Positions 21,833-30,286 of a stretch of DNA of 64,000 nucleotides are shown piece after piece. The notes below the pieces were generated by a model, which had not been told where the DNA came from, ran no database searches, and saw only the letters and a list, made by a program, of their open reading frames with translations. How positions within the stretch are numbered: the stretch's first letter is position 1; each line of letters begins with the position of its first letter. The translations under genes were made by a program, and so were the position numbers. This stretch comes from an uncultured Chthonomonadaceae bacterium (GTDB taxonomy: Bacteria > Armatimonadota > Chthonomonadetes > Chthonomonadales > Chthonomonadaceae): the NCBI GenBank assembly GCA_963817895.1, contig CAWFQB010000003.1, positions 672,001 through 736,000 of the forward strand. Direction: 5' to 3'.

Positions 21833-22468
21833 TCACCATTCTATGAAGTTTCGTAAAATTTGCAGGCCGACTGCGCCGCTTTTTTCCGGGTGGAATTGGG
21901 TGGCGGCAACGTTGTCTTTTTCCACCGCGCAGCAGAAGTTGATGCCGTAGTCACTGGTAGCGGCGACAAGGGAAGCGTCTGCGGGTTCCGGGTAGTAGGA
22001 GTGGACGAAGTACACGCGGCTGTCTTCGGCAATGCCGCGCAACAGGCGCGATTCGGGGTTGACATGCAGGCTGTTCCAGCCGATATGGGGAACTTTCAGG
22101 GCTTTCAACTCCGGGGTCAACTCTTCGAGGGGCGTATCTTCAAAGAATTTCACGACAGGTCCCGCGAACAGGCCAATACCGGGGGATATGCCCATTTCGG
22201 TACTGCTTTCAAACAGCATCTGCATGCCCACGCAAATGCCGAGAAAAGGCTTGCCGCTCGTGATGCTGCGGCATACGGCCTGCTGTAATCCGCTGTGTTC
22301 CAGATTGGTCATGCAGGCGCAGAACGCGCCCACGCCGGGCAGCACCACATGATCGGCGCGGTCAATGATAGCCGAGTCACTGGTAATCACCGGTTCGCCC
22401 CCCACATACGCCAGCGCCTTTTCCACGCTGCGCAGATTCGCCATGCCGTAGTCTACGATTGCAATCAT
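21833..22468 (-). CDS. hisH: Imidazole glycerol phosphate synthase glutaminase subunit
   Basis: IVDYGMANL, LPGVGAF, GICVGMQ, YFVHSY, QFHPEKSG. Confidence 0.97.
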   Translation of the reverse strand: MIAIVDYGMANLRSVEKALAYVGGEPVITSDSAIIDRADHVVLPGVGAFCACMTNLEHSGLQQAVCRSITSGKPFLGICVGMQMLFESSTEMGISPGIGLFAGPVVKFFEDTPLEELTPELKALKVPHIGWNSLHVNPESRLLRGIAEDSRVYFVHSYYPEPADASLVAATSDYGINFCCAVEKDNVAATQFHPEKSGAVGLQILRNFIEW

Positions 22469-22479
22469 AGTTTTATCCT

Positions 22480-22549
22480 GAGTGAGAGTGGAGAGTGCAA
22501 GAGTGAGAGTACTCGCATTGTCTCTCACTCTCACTCTTCACTCTCCACT
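22480..22549. repeat. Repeat-array hairpin (GAGTGA/GAGTGGA)n ... (TCACTC)n
   Basis: Inverted arms upstream of hisH. Confidence 0.85.
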
Positions 22550-22557
22550 TTTACTGC

Positions 22558-22857
22558 CTATTCCGGTTCCAATATCGGGCCGAGGATGGGACGTTTGGGC
22601 GCGGGGCTTTTGCCGCGTCGCGTGACCGGAATTTCCTGCTGTTCGTAATGATCCTGTATATGCGTCAGGTTGGTGGAAATCTGGCGCGCGTTCGCGTTAG
22701 TGATGTTGAGCGCCCACCGCATCGCGCCCACCAGCGTCAGGCTCAGGACGACGACCAGCATGGCGCGCGTCATCAGGCCGCTTTGAATAGCAGTTTCCCG
22801 CGCTTCCACGCGACCGGACGGTTCCGGCAACAACAAGGATTTTTTCGTTTGCTTCAT
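22558..22857 (-). CDS. Small single-TM hypothetical protein within the his cluster
   Basis: 99 aa, GGAG SD, one hydrophobic helix. Confidence 0.6.
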   Translation of the reverse strand: MKQTKKSLLLPEPSGRVEARETAIQSGLMTRAMLVVVLSLTLVGAMRWALNITNANARQISTNLTHIQDHYEQQEIPVTRRGKSPAPKRPILGPILEPE

Positions 22858-22915
22858 GTGCGTTTCTCCGATGAAGAGGATGATTCGAGTCGCCTTCTGG
22901 AGAAATCAATATACA

Positions 22916-22983
22916 AGTGGAGAGTGAGAGTGAAGAGTGAGAGAACAAGCGTTCTCTCTCACTCTCACTCTCCACTCTCACTT
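22916..22983. repeat. Second (GAGTGA)n hairpin, directly after the hisB stop
   Basis: AAGTGGAGAGTGAGAGTGAAGAGTGAGAGAAC ... GTTCTCTCTCACTCTCACTCTCCACTCTCACTT. Confidence 0.85.
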
Positions 22984-23573
22984 TAAAGAACGCCCTTCGT
23001 GGAGGGGATTCCCTGAACGCGGGGGTCATGCGCCATTGCCTGCGCTGCCGCCCGCCCGAACGCTTTGAACGCCGCTTCAATGATATGGTGCGTGTTCGTC
23101 CCCGCCATCTGGCGCAGGTGTACCGTCCAGCCTGCGTTGACGGCAACCGCCCGGAAAAACTCCGGCACTAATTCGGTTGTAAAATCGCCTAACTTCGGCG
23201 TCGGCAGGGCCAGGTCGCAGGCCAGAAAGCCGCGCCCGCTGATGTCAATGGCGCAAAACACGAGCGCCTCATCCATCGGCACGGCGCAGTTGCCCACCCG
23301 CGCGATGCCCGCCCGGTCGCCCAATGCTTCCGCAAACGCCTTGCCCAGCACAATGCCCACATCCTCGACGGTATGGTGGTCGTCTATATGCAGATCGCCC
23401 GTCACCTGCACATCCAATTGCAGCAGGCCATGTTTGGCGATATGCGTGAGCATGTGGTCGAAAAACCCCACGCCTGTCGCAATCGCGCTTTCGCCGCCTT
23501 CTATAGACAGCATTAGTTTAATATCGGTTTCCGCAGTTTTGCGGTGTATGGTTGCTTCGCGGGGTTGGCTCAT
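22983..23573 (-). CDS. hisB: Imidazoleglycerol-phosphate dehydratase
   Basis: GFFDHML, DDHHTVEDVG, PMDEAL, NTHHIIEAAFKA, IPSTKGVL. Confidence 0.97.
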   Translation of the reverse strand: MSQPREATIHRKTAETDIKLMLSIEGGESAIATGVGFFDHMLTHIAKHGLLQLDVQVTGDLHIDDHHTVEDVGIVLGKAFAEALGDRAGIARVGNCAVPMDEALVFCAIDISGRGFLACDLALPTPKLGDFTTELVPEFFRAVAVNAGWTVHLRQMAGTNTHHIIEAAFKAFGRAAAQAMAHDPRVQGIPSTKGVL

Positions 23574-23801
23574 AATATTCAGACGAAATTCCAATCGCGC
23601 AAGTTTGCTTCCTTCAAAATTAGTGATAGTGAGTTTAGCATTTTTCCACTGCCGGACACAATGGACAAACGGCACGATGCGCCCCTTTTTGTCGTACATA
23701 TCTTCGAGTAGAAAATAAGCCCTGCGCCAATACACGCAACGCTTTCAGAGGGACAAGTTCGCCAGTACATCATTTGCCACTATATCAGGAGAAAAAACAC
23801 T

Positions 23802-24626
23802 ATGCTTGCGCCGGAAACAATTCGTTTGTGGCAGGGGGATGCGCCTCGTTCGCAGGGTACGGCGGATTCGGACATTCCCACGCTGACGATTTACCGCCCG
23901 CAGCCGGAGAAGGCGAACGGCGCGGCGGTTGTCGTGTGTCCCGGCGGCGGGTACGGCGGATTGGCGGCGCACGAGGGGCAGCCGATAGCCGAATGGCTGA
24001 ACACGCTCGGCGTGACGAGTTTTGTTCTGAAATATCGGCTTGGGCCGCGCTACCGGCATCCGGTCGAGATGAGCGATGCGCAGCGCGCGTTGCGAACCGT
24101 TCGTTCCCGCGCCGGGGAATGGAAACTGGACGCGCATAAAATCGGTATCATCGGTTTTTCCGCCGGGGGACATCTCGCTTCTACAGCCGCCACGCATTTC
24201 GATGAGGGGGACGCGAAAGCGGCTGATCCGATAGACCGCGTTTCGTGTCGCCCCGACCTTGCCATTCTCGCATATCCTGTGATTACCATGACCGACCCGT
24301 TCACGCACGGCGGCAGCCGAACCAATCTGCTTGGCGACAAGCCTGATCCCGAACTGGTTAACCTGCTTTCCAATGAGCGGCAAATTACAACCAAAACCCC
24401 GCCCGTTTTCCTGCTGCATACCGCCGACGACGCTGTTGTTCCGGTAGAAAACAGCCTGTTGTTCGCCCTTGCCTGCCGCGCCGCCCGCGTCCCGTTTGAA
24501 CTGCACATCTTTGAACACGGGCCGCACGGCATCGGGTTGGGCGGCAACGATCCCGTTTTGAGTACGTGGCCGACAGCCTGCGCCGCATGGCTGAAGTCCC
24601 ACAATTTTCTGTCCGCAGCAAAATAA
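23802..24626 (+). CDS. Alpha/beta hydrolase (esterase)
   Basis: CPGGGY, GFSAGGHL, DDAVVP, HGPHG. Confidence 0.9.
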   Translation: MLAPETIRLWQGDAPRSQGTADSDIPTLTIYRPQPEKANGAAVVVCPGGGYGGLAAHEGQPIAEWLNTLGVTSFVLKYRLGPRYRHPVEMSDAQRALRTVRSRAGEWKLDAHKIGIIGFSAGGHLASTAATHFDEGDAKAADPIDRVSCRPDLAILAYPVITMTDPFTHGGSRTNLLGDKPDPELVNLLSNERQITTKTPPVFLLHTADDAVVPVENSLLFALACRAARVPFELHIFEHGPHGIGLGGNDPVLSTWPTACAAWLKSHNFLSAAK

Positions 24627-24633
24627 ATGGTTG

Positions 24634-24703
24634 CAAAAACAACCCACGCGGCTGTCTTTGACCTTGCAAACACGGTCAAAGACAGCCGCGTGGGTTGTTT
24701 TTG
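24634..24703. repeat. Perfect 30-bp inverted repeat with 10-nt loop (terminator or MITE-like)
   Basis: CAAAAACAACCCACGCGGCTGTCTTTGACC-ttgcaaacac-GGTCAAAGACAGCCGCGTGGGTTGTTTTTG. Confidence 0.9.
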
Positions 24704-24766
24704 TTTCCCACTCTGCGCGTCCTGCCGGAGTTATACGCCATTCTCGCAAATATTTTCTTTTGCGCC

Positions 24767-24797
24767 TTGACTTCGAGTTGACTCTAAGTTGTACACT
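24767..24797 (+). promoter_or_regulatory. MerR-type promoter/operator
   Basis: TTGACT-19 nt-TACACT with dyad ACTTCGAGT-tg-ACTCTAAGT. Confidence 0.85.
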
Positions 24798-24803
24798 GCT
24801 TGT

Positions 24804-25379
24804 ATGGACAACTCCGAACCGCAAAACGCCATGCCTCACGCCTGCTTTTCCATACAGCAGGTGAGCGAACGCACCGGCCTGAGCGCGTATACCCTGCGCT
24901 ATTATGAGCAGGAGGGCTTGCTCGATCCCATCCGGCGCGACGCGGGCGGGCGACGACGCTACACAATGGAGGATGTGGCGCGGGTTGCCCTGCTGATACT
25001 GATGCGCGACATGGGATTGACGCTCGCGCAGATACGGGCATTTACGGCCCTGATGCGGGAGGGGGACTCAGCGGCCCCGGAACGCCGCGCCCTGATTGAA
25101 GCGCATCAGGCGCAGGTGCAGGCGCAGGTGGAAGCCCTGTGCGCAAACCTGAAAATGATCGAGGAAAAGCTCGCTATGATGCGCCGCGTGGAAAGCGATC
25201 CGAATGAAAAGGCCGGATGGCAGGAACGTTGTCTGGAACTGCTGCAAAAGCGTAATGCAAGTCGGGCGCAGCCCGCGCTATCGGTCACAGACGCGGACGC
25301 GCAAACGCAAGCCAGGACAATAAAGAGACAGTGCAACAATCGCAAACGAAACAACGACGAGAAGGAAACACAAACATGA
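24804..25379 (+). CDS. MerR-family transcriptional regulator
   Basis: FSIQQVSERTGLSAYTLRYYEQEGLL..RRY. Confidence 0.92.
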   Translation: MDNSEPQNAMPHACFSIQQVSERTGLSAYTLRYYEQEGLLDPIRRDAGGRRRYTMEDVARVALLILMRDMGLTLAQIRAFTALMREGDSAAPERRALIEAHQAQVQAQVEALCANLKMIEEKLAMMRRVESDPNEKAGWQERCLELLQKRNASRAQPALSVTDADAQTQARTIKRQCNNRKRNNDEKETQT

Positions 25380-26272
25380 AAGTATTTTTGACAGGCGCCA
25401 CCGGCTTTATCGGTTCCGCCATTGTGCCGGAACTCATCAACGCGGGCCATCAGGTACTCGGTTTGACGCGCTCGGAGACGGGGGCGCAGTCTCTGCGCGC
25501 TGCGGGAGCCGAAGCGCATCGCGGAGATTTGGAAGACTTGGAGAGTATCCGCGCCGGAGCCGCGATGTCGGATGGCGTCATCCACTGCGCTTTCAGCCAC
25601 GACTTCTCAACCTTCTCGGCCTTCGTCGCGAGTTGCGAACAGGACCGGCGCGTCATTGAGACGATTGGGGACGCGCTGGTTGGCTCTGGCCGCCCTCTGC
25701 TCATCACCTCCGGGACGGGAATAGGCAGCGCTGTACCCGGACAGCCCGCGACCGAAGATGTTGTCAACCTCAGCCACCCGAACCCGCGCATCGCTTCGGA
25801 ACAGGCAGGGGCGGCCGTGGCGGAGCGCGGCGTCAACGTATCCATAGTACGCCTTCCGCAAGTTCACGACCCTTACAAGCAGGGACTTATCACCCCCTTG
25901 ATTCAGTTGGCCCGTGAGAAGGGCGTTTCGGCGTATGCCGGTGACGGCCTCAACCGCTGGCCCGCCGCGCATGTTCTCGATGTCGCGCGCCTCTACCGGC
26001 TGGCCCTAGAAAAGCAGGAAGCGGGCAGCAGATACCACGCGGTCGCTGAGGAGGGCATCCCGGTTCGGGACGTCGCGGAGATCATTGGCCGGGGCTTGAA
26101 GGTGGCGACGGTCAGCCTGTCTGCGGAGGAGGCGATCTCACATTTCGGGTGGTTCGGCGCGTTAGCATCTCTTGACATGCCCGCTTCCAGCGCGCAAACA
26201 CAGGAACGGCTGGGATGGCATCCGACCGGCCCCGGATTGATGGCCGATCTCGAACAAATGCGCTGCTTCTGA
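25376..26272 (+). CDS. Atypical SDR / NAD-dependent epimerase-family oxidoreductase
   Basis: VFLTGATGFIGSA, GVIHCAF, VRLPQVH. Confidence 0.9.
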   Translation: MKVFLTGATGFIGSAIVPELINAGHQVLGLTRSETGAQSLRAAGAEAHRGDLEDLESIRAGAAMSDGVIHCAFSHDFSTFSAFVASCEQDRRVIETIGDALVGSGRPLLITSGTGIGSAVPGQPATEDVVNLSHPNPRIASEQAGAAVAERGVNVSIVRLPQVHDPYKQGLITPLIQLAREKGVSAYAGDGLNRWPAAHVLDVARLYRLALEKQEAGSRYHAVAEEGIPVRDVAEIIGRGLKVATVSLSAEEAISHFGWFGALASLDMPASSAQTQERLGWHPTGPGLMADLEQMRCF

Positions 26273-26278
26273 AGCTTA

Positions 26279-26357
26279 TGGACAAATCACCTGAACATTG
26301 GACAATCGCGTTCATACCTGAGAAGGCTGATTGTCCAACTTCATTCTGATTTGTCCA
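26279..26357. repeat. Imperfect long inverted repeat between convergent genes
   Basis: TGGACAAATCA..TTGGACAATC ... GATTGTCCAA..TGATTTGTCCA. Confidence 0.65.
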
Positions 26358-26449
26358 TTACAAGTATGCTCAATCTGCATACTGAACGCGCCGAGCATCA
26401 AGCGGGTGACAATTGCGCGCGGTGGTGAACTCCTGATGCAGAGCAACAT

Positions 26450-28378
26450 TCACGGCCTGGCAGGCGTCTTTTTCTCACGGGAAAGAGAACCCCCTAACTG
26501 GAATACAGGCCCATTCTGCATTATATATTCGGTTCCGGGAGGTAAAAGGACGGGGCGGGGCGTCGGTTGCGTTTCCAGCGTAAGGTTGATCGTTACGAGT
26601 TTCTCACCGTGTCGCGCAATGGCGACGACCTTTTGCCCCGCTTTCATCGGCAATATCACCGCCCGTACCTCGCTTGTGGTATGAACCTGCTTGCCGTTCA
26701 GGCTAACGAGAATATCTGACGGCTGAATTCCTAATTTGGACGCGGGCGAATTGGCGTACACGCCCCTTACACGAACTTGCGAATTTAAGCGAATCGCGCC
26801 GTTATCCTCTTGCGCGTTGTCTATGTCGTCCAGAGCCACTCCGAGCCACGCATGAACAATGTCTTTGCCCGCTTTCAACTCCTCGATTACGTCCTTCATG
26901 GCGTTGATGGGAATGGCGAACCCGGTTCCGGGGCTGACGGTCAGCGGGCGTGGCGCATTTACGCCGGTATCCGGCACAAACACGGTGGTTTTGTTGCCGT
27001 TGCCGCCCTGCGCATACACGGTTCCTGTCTGAAAACCATCTGCGGAATACCGTAAAACGCTTTTCCCGTTCCAAAAATATGTCGTTTCTGCCAGCAGTCG
27101 CGTCGCTGCATTGCCGGCAGCCGTTGTTCTGACGCTGGCAGCCGCGTTATTTCCGAGTGTTTGATGCGTTGGGGCGGAAGGGGCAGAGTTATTGACCGGC
27201 GCGGACGGCGATATGGTTCCATTTCGGGTTTGAAAAGAGGCATCCACGTACCCGCTGGACGCAGAGGGCGTAGGTTCGGGCGCGAGCGCGGCGGCGATCA
27301 TGCCGATCACTTCGCCCCGCGCGTTCAGGATGGGGGCGCCGCTGGTTCCCGCGCCCACCGCGCTGTCCACCTGTAACAGCACAGGATAAAAATGCGCCCC
27401 GGAATAGAACCCCTGCGGGCGTATGCCGGAAACCAGTCCGAGCGCGACGGAATTGTACTGCCCCGCCTGATTGCCGATGGAAATGGCGAAATGTCCCGGC
27501 GCGACTTTGTCGCTGTCGCCGAGCGCGAGAGCGGGCAGGGTGACATTCGCCGCCAACCGCACCAGCCCGACATTACGTTCGCTGTCTACGGCAACCAGCA
27601 TGGCGCGTATCCGGCGTCCATCATCCGAGGTGACAATGGGGCTGCTCATGCCCTGCGCGACATCCGCTGTGGTGACAATATAGCCATCCCCAACCGAAAA
27701 TCCGCTGCCGGACTTGGGCGTAGCAGAGCGCAAACTCTCTGCGGTAACAAAGGGAGCGTACTGCGCGTTCGGTGTCCCGGCCTTGCGCTGCGCCTGCGCC
27801 GCTTTCAAATCCACTAAAACATGCGCCTGCTGCTGCTGCGAGGTTTGCAGGTCCGCGTTTGACACGACCCCGGCGTTTACCTGTTGCTGTAGCAGTTTGA
27901 TCTGTTCGGCGTAGGATTTTCGGTCGCCTTCCAGTTCGGCAATACGGGCGTCCAGATCGCGTTGTTGCTGCGCGGCCAAACTTTCGCGCCCGAAACCGGC
28001 AATTTTCTGCTGCAAAAACGTCAGGCGCGTATCCAGCCGCGCCAGTTCTCGGCGGGGCTTTTCCACTTCCAGAGCGGGAATCACTCCGGCGCGATACCGT
28101 TGTTCTTCCTGCGCCGCTTTTACCGCCGCCGCTGCCCGGTCTATCCGCAAATGCGCCAGTTGGTTCTCCAGGTCGGCTTTTTCCAGCGCGGAATTGTTGT
28201 AGCTGACCACAACGGCGCGGGCGTCCTCGATGGACACGATACAACTCCGCGCTTTGCTGGCAACCGTCGCCATCTCGTTCTGCATCTGTTCCAGAATGTT
28301 GTCCGCCCCTGCGGGATACGCGCTCAGGCTGCCGCCGATAAACGCGATTCCCAAAGTCAATGCGGCCTGTTTTACCAT
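26450..28378 (-). CDS. Secreted HtrA-like trypsin plus PDZ protein with a coiled-coil insertion; catalytic His and Asp substituted
   Basis: SGSGF, TTADV, RNVGLV, LGDSD, GTSGAPILNARGEVIG; PDZ AWLGV..SPA..GI.P.DI. Confidence 0.85.
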   Translation of the reverse strand: MVKQAALTLGIAFIGGSLSAYPAGADNILEQMQNEMATVASKARSCIVSIEDARAVVVSYNNSALEKADLENQLAHLRIDRAAAAVKAAQEEQRYRAGVIPALEVEKPRRELARLDTRLTFLQQKIAGFGRESLAAQQQRDLDARIAELEGDRKSYAEQIKLLQQQVNAGVVSNADLQTSQQQQAHVLVDLKAAQAQRKAGTPNAQYAPFVTAESLRSATPKSGSGFSVGDGYIVTTADVAQGMSSPIVTSDDGRRIRAMLVAVDSERNVGLVRLAANVTLPALALGDSDKVAPGHFAISIGNQAGQYNSVALGLVSGIRPQGFYSGAHFYPVLLQVDSAVGAGTSGAPILNARGEVIGMIAAALAPEPTPSASSGYVDASFQTRNGTISPSAPVNNSAPSAPTHQTLGNNAAASVRTTAAGNAATRLLAETTYFWNGKSVLRYSADGFQTGTVYAQGGNGNKTTVFVPDTGVNAPRPLTVSPGTGFAIPINAMKDVIEELKAGKDIVHAWLGVALDDIDNAQEDNGAIRLNSQVRVRGVYANSPASKLGIQPSDILVSLNGKQVHTTSEVRAVILPMKAGQKVVAIARHGEKLVTINLTLETQPTPRPVLLPPGTEYIMQNGPVFQLGGSLSREKKTPARP

Positions 28379-29289
28379 GCTCGTTCCTCTCCATTCCGGC
28401 TTGATGCTTCGTTATTCTGGCTTTTGGCATCCGTAGACAAGCAATCCATGACATAAGCGCGTGGGCGGCGCGGTTCCGCTTCCGTCTCCGCGCCTGTCAG
28501 AACATAATTCGGCGTTTCGGCAGTCAGGGTAACAACCATCGGCGTAAACCCTCCTGCCAACAAGCCGGGTGCAGTGGGGTTCTGCTGTGGCCGTACTGTC
28601 TCATTTCGCGCCACCAGCAAACCATGCGATTGCGCAAAATGGCGACTGCGAACGGATGTTCCGCTGCGCTCCGCGACTGAATTGGCGCGTGTAAATTTCT
28701 TATCTGCCACAAGAGAAAATCTGGAAAGCCGAGACGGAGGCGCAAATGGGCGCGTTAAATGAGGCATAGCGCCCAGACTGCTTTTCCGCAGAAACGACTT
28801 TTCAAAAGCGATACGTTCTTCCCCGTTTCCTGCGTTCTCTACCGGAATTTTCGCCACAGAGGGACGCGCTATACCCTGTTTCGCAGGCCGAGTTTGCGAT
28901 GTTTCTGATATTAAAAATGCCCGCTCACTGCCGCGTGGAACAAGCGCGGCCCACAACAGCGCCATTGCCGCAACAGACCCGGCGCCCATCAGAACGCGAT
29001 ACGGAACTGCTTTTCTCATTGGCGCGGGTTGAGGCGTGACGGGTATGGCAGCCAAACGCGCCTGCGCGTCCGACCAATTGGTTTGCGTGGCCGGAACATG
29101 CGCATGCCGCAGCATTTCCAATCCCTGCCCGATACGGGCAATCGTTTGCAGTTGCGTTTGGCAGGCGGCGCAATGCGCTAAATGCGCGTTCACGCGCGCT
29201 TTCTGGTCCGGCTTTAATTGTTCGCCCGCATATTGCCACAGCAGCGGTTCTATGCGCTTGCAGTTGTGTATGAATATCTTGCGCAACAT
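28372..29289 (-). CDS. Anti-sigma factor (zf-HC2 plus TM helix)
   Basis: AHLAHCAAC, TM helix. Confidence 0.8.
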   Translation of the reverse strand: MLRKIFIHNCKRIEPLLWQYAGEQLKPDQKARVNAHLAHCAACQTQLQTIARIGQGLEMLRHAHVPATQTNWSDAQARLAAIPVTPQPAPMRKAVPYRVLMGAGSVAAMALLWAALVPRGSERAFLISETSQTRPAKQGIARPSVAKIPVENAGNGEERIAFEKSFLRKSSLGAMPHLTRPFAPPSRLSRFSLVADKKFTRANSVAERSGTSVRSRHFAQSHGLLVARNETVRPQQNPTAPGLLAGGFTPMVVTLTAETPNYVLTGAETEAEPRRPRAYVMDCLSTDAKSQNNEASSRNGEERAW

Positions 29290-29293
29290 AATT

Positions 29294-29851
29294 TTATTTC
29301 TCCAATGCCTGTACCCGTTCGCGCAGGGAGCGACGGGCGCGGAAAACGCGGAGTTTTGCGCTCACGGCGGAGCAGCCTAAAATTGCCCCGATTTCCACAT
29401 AATTCAGTTCTTCAATATCGTGCAGAACAATGATTTCCCGCTGCGCGACGGGCATGCCGCGCAGGGCGCACAACACCGTTGCCATCGTTTCGGCGCGTTC
29501 CACAAGGGCGTGAGGGTCGGAACCGTAGCCCTCATCGCGCCACTCTTCGGAGCGCAGCCCCGCATCATATTGTACTTTACGCTTTTCCCACGATTTCAGC
29601 CTGTCCCGGCACAAATTGCCGCAAATTTTGAACAGCCACGTTTGCAGGCTGGAATCGCTACGAAATTTCCCGATTGCCTGATATGCCCGCGCGAATGTTT
29701 CCTGCTTCACGTCGTCCGCATCCTCGCGGTGGCCGAGCAGATGGTAGGCGTAGCGAAACACCTGCCGCTCATAACAAGCGTAGATTTCACTGAACGCTTC
29801 CAAATCTCCGGCGCGGCAACGCGCTGCCAGTTGGTCTTCCTCTACAGGCAT
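29294..29851 (-). CDS. ECF sigma factor
   Basis: DADDVKQETF, LQTWLFKICGNLCRD, YVEIGAILGCS...KLRVFRAR; start chosen by the GGAG SD. Confidence 0.92.
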   Translation of the reverse strand: MPVEEDQLAARCRAGDLEAFSEIYACYERQVFRYAYHLLGHREDADDVKQETFARAYQAIGKFRSDSSLQTWLFKICGNLCRDRLKSWEKRKVQYDAGLRSEEWRDEGYGSDPHALVERAETMATVLCALRGMPVAQREIIVLHDIEELNYVEIGAILGCSAVSAKLRVFRARRSLRERVQALEK

Positions 29852-29898
29852 TGCCACTCCACGCGTTGCGATTCTAACTTCCATCCGTCGTTCCAATC

Positions 29899-30009
29899 GG
29901 TGTTCAGGTGTTCAGGTATTCAGGTGTGTCGCTGATAACATTGCCACAAGTAAAAAATGTTCTGTGCCACATTGTCCTGAATACCCGAACACCTGAACAC
30001 CTGAACACC
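29899..30009. repeat. Octamer-array hairpin (GTGTTCAG)n ... (CTGAACAC)n upstream of the ECF sigma gene
   Basis: Inverted tandem arms around a unique spacer. Confidence 0.9.
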
Positions 30010-30122
30010 AAACTTCCTTGTTGCCATACCAGACGAAGCGCGTTCAGGAACGTATCAACGATTTCGCAGACAATGCTTACGAGATTTTAATTGCGCTGCC
30101 CCTGTGTAGCCATCCGTTCAGG

Positions 30123-30152
30123 TTGACCATACTCACTCCCAAAGGCTATACT
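30123..30152 (+). promoter_or_regulatory. sigma70-type promoter of purL
   Basis: TTGACC-18 nt-TATACT. Confidence 0.65.
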
Positions 30153-30161
30153 ATTGGAAAG

Positions 30162-30273
30162 AAGTCGGTAGTCAGTAGTCAGTAGAAACGCTCGTTTTCT
30201 ACAAAAGATGCTATATACGCTACAACCTTGCAGTTTTGCCCTACCGACTACCGACTACTGACTACCGACTACT
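30162..30273. repeat. Heptamer-array hairpin (AGTCGGT/AGTCAGT)n ... (CTACCGA)n in the purL 5' UTR
   Basis: Left arm 30163-30185, right arm 30241-30273, ending just before the SD. Confidence 0.9.
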
Positions 30274-30286
30274 TCTGGAGCAACTC

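Noticed and set aside
30236..30286. N-terminal extensions of purL, ftsK, hisH and groEL in the ORF track
   Set aside because: They are translations of the repeat hairpins (e.g. [19 protein letters not shown]); the conserved protein starts lie downstream.
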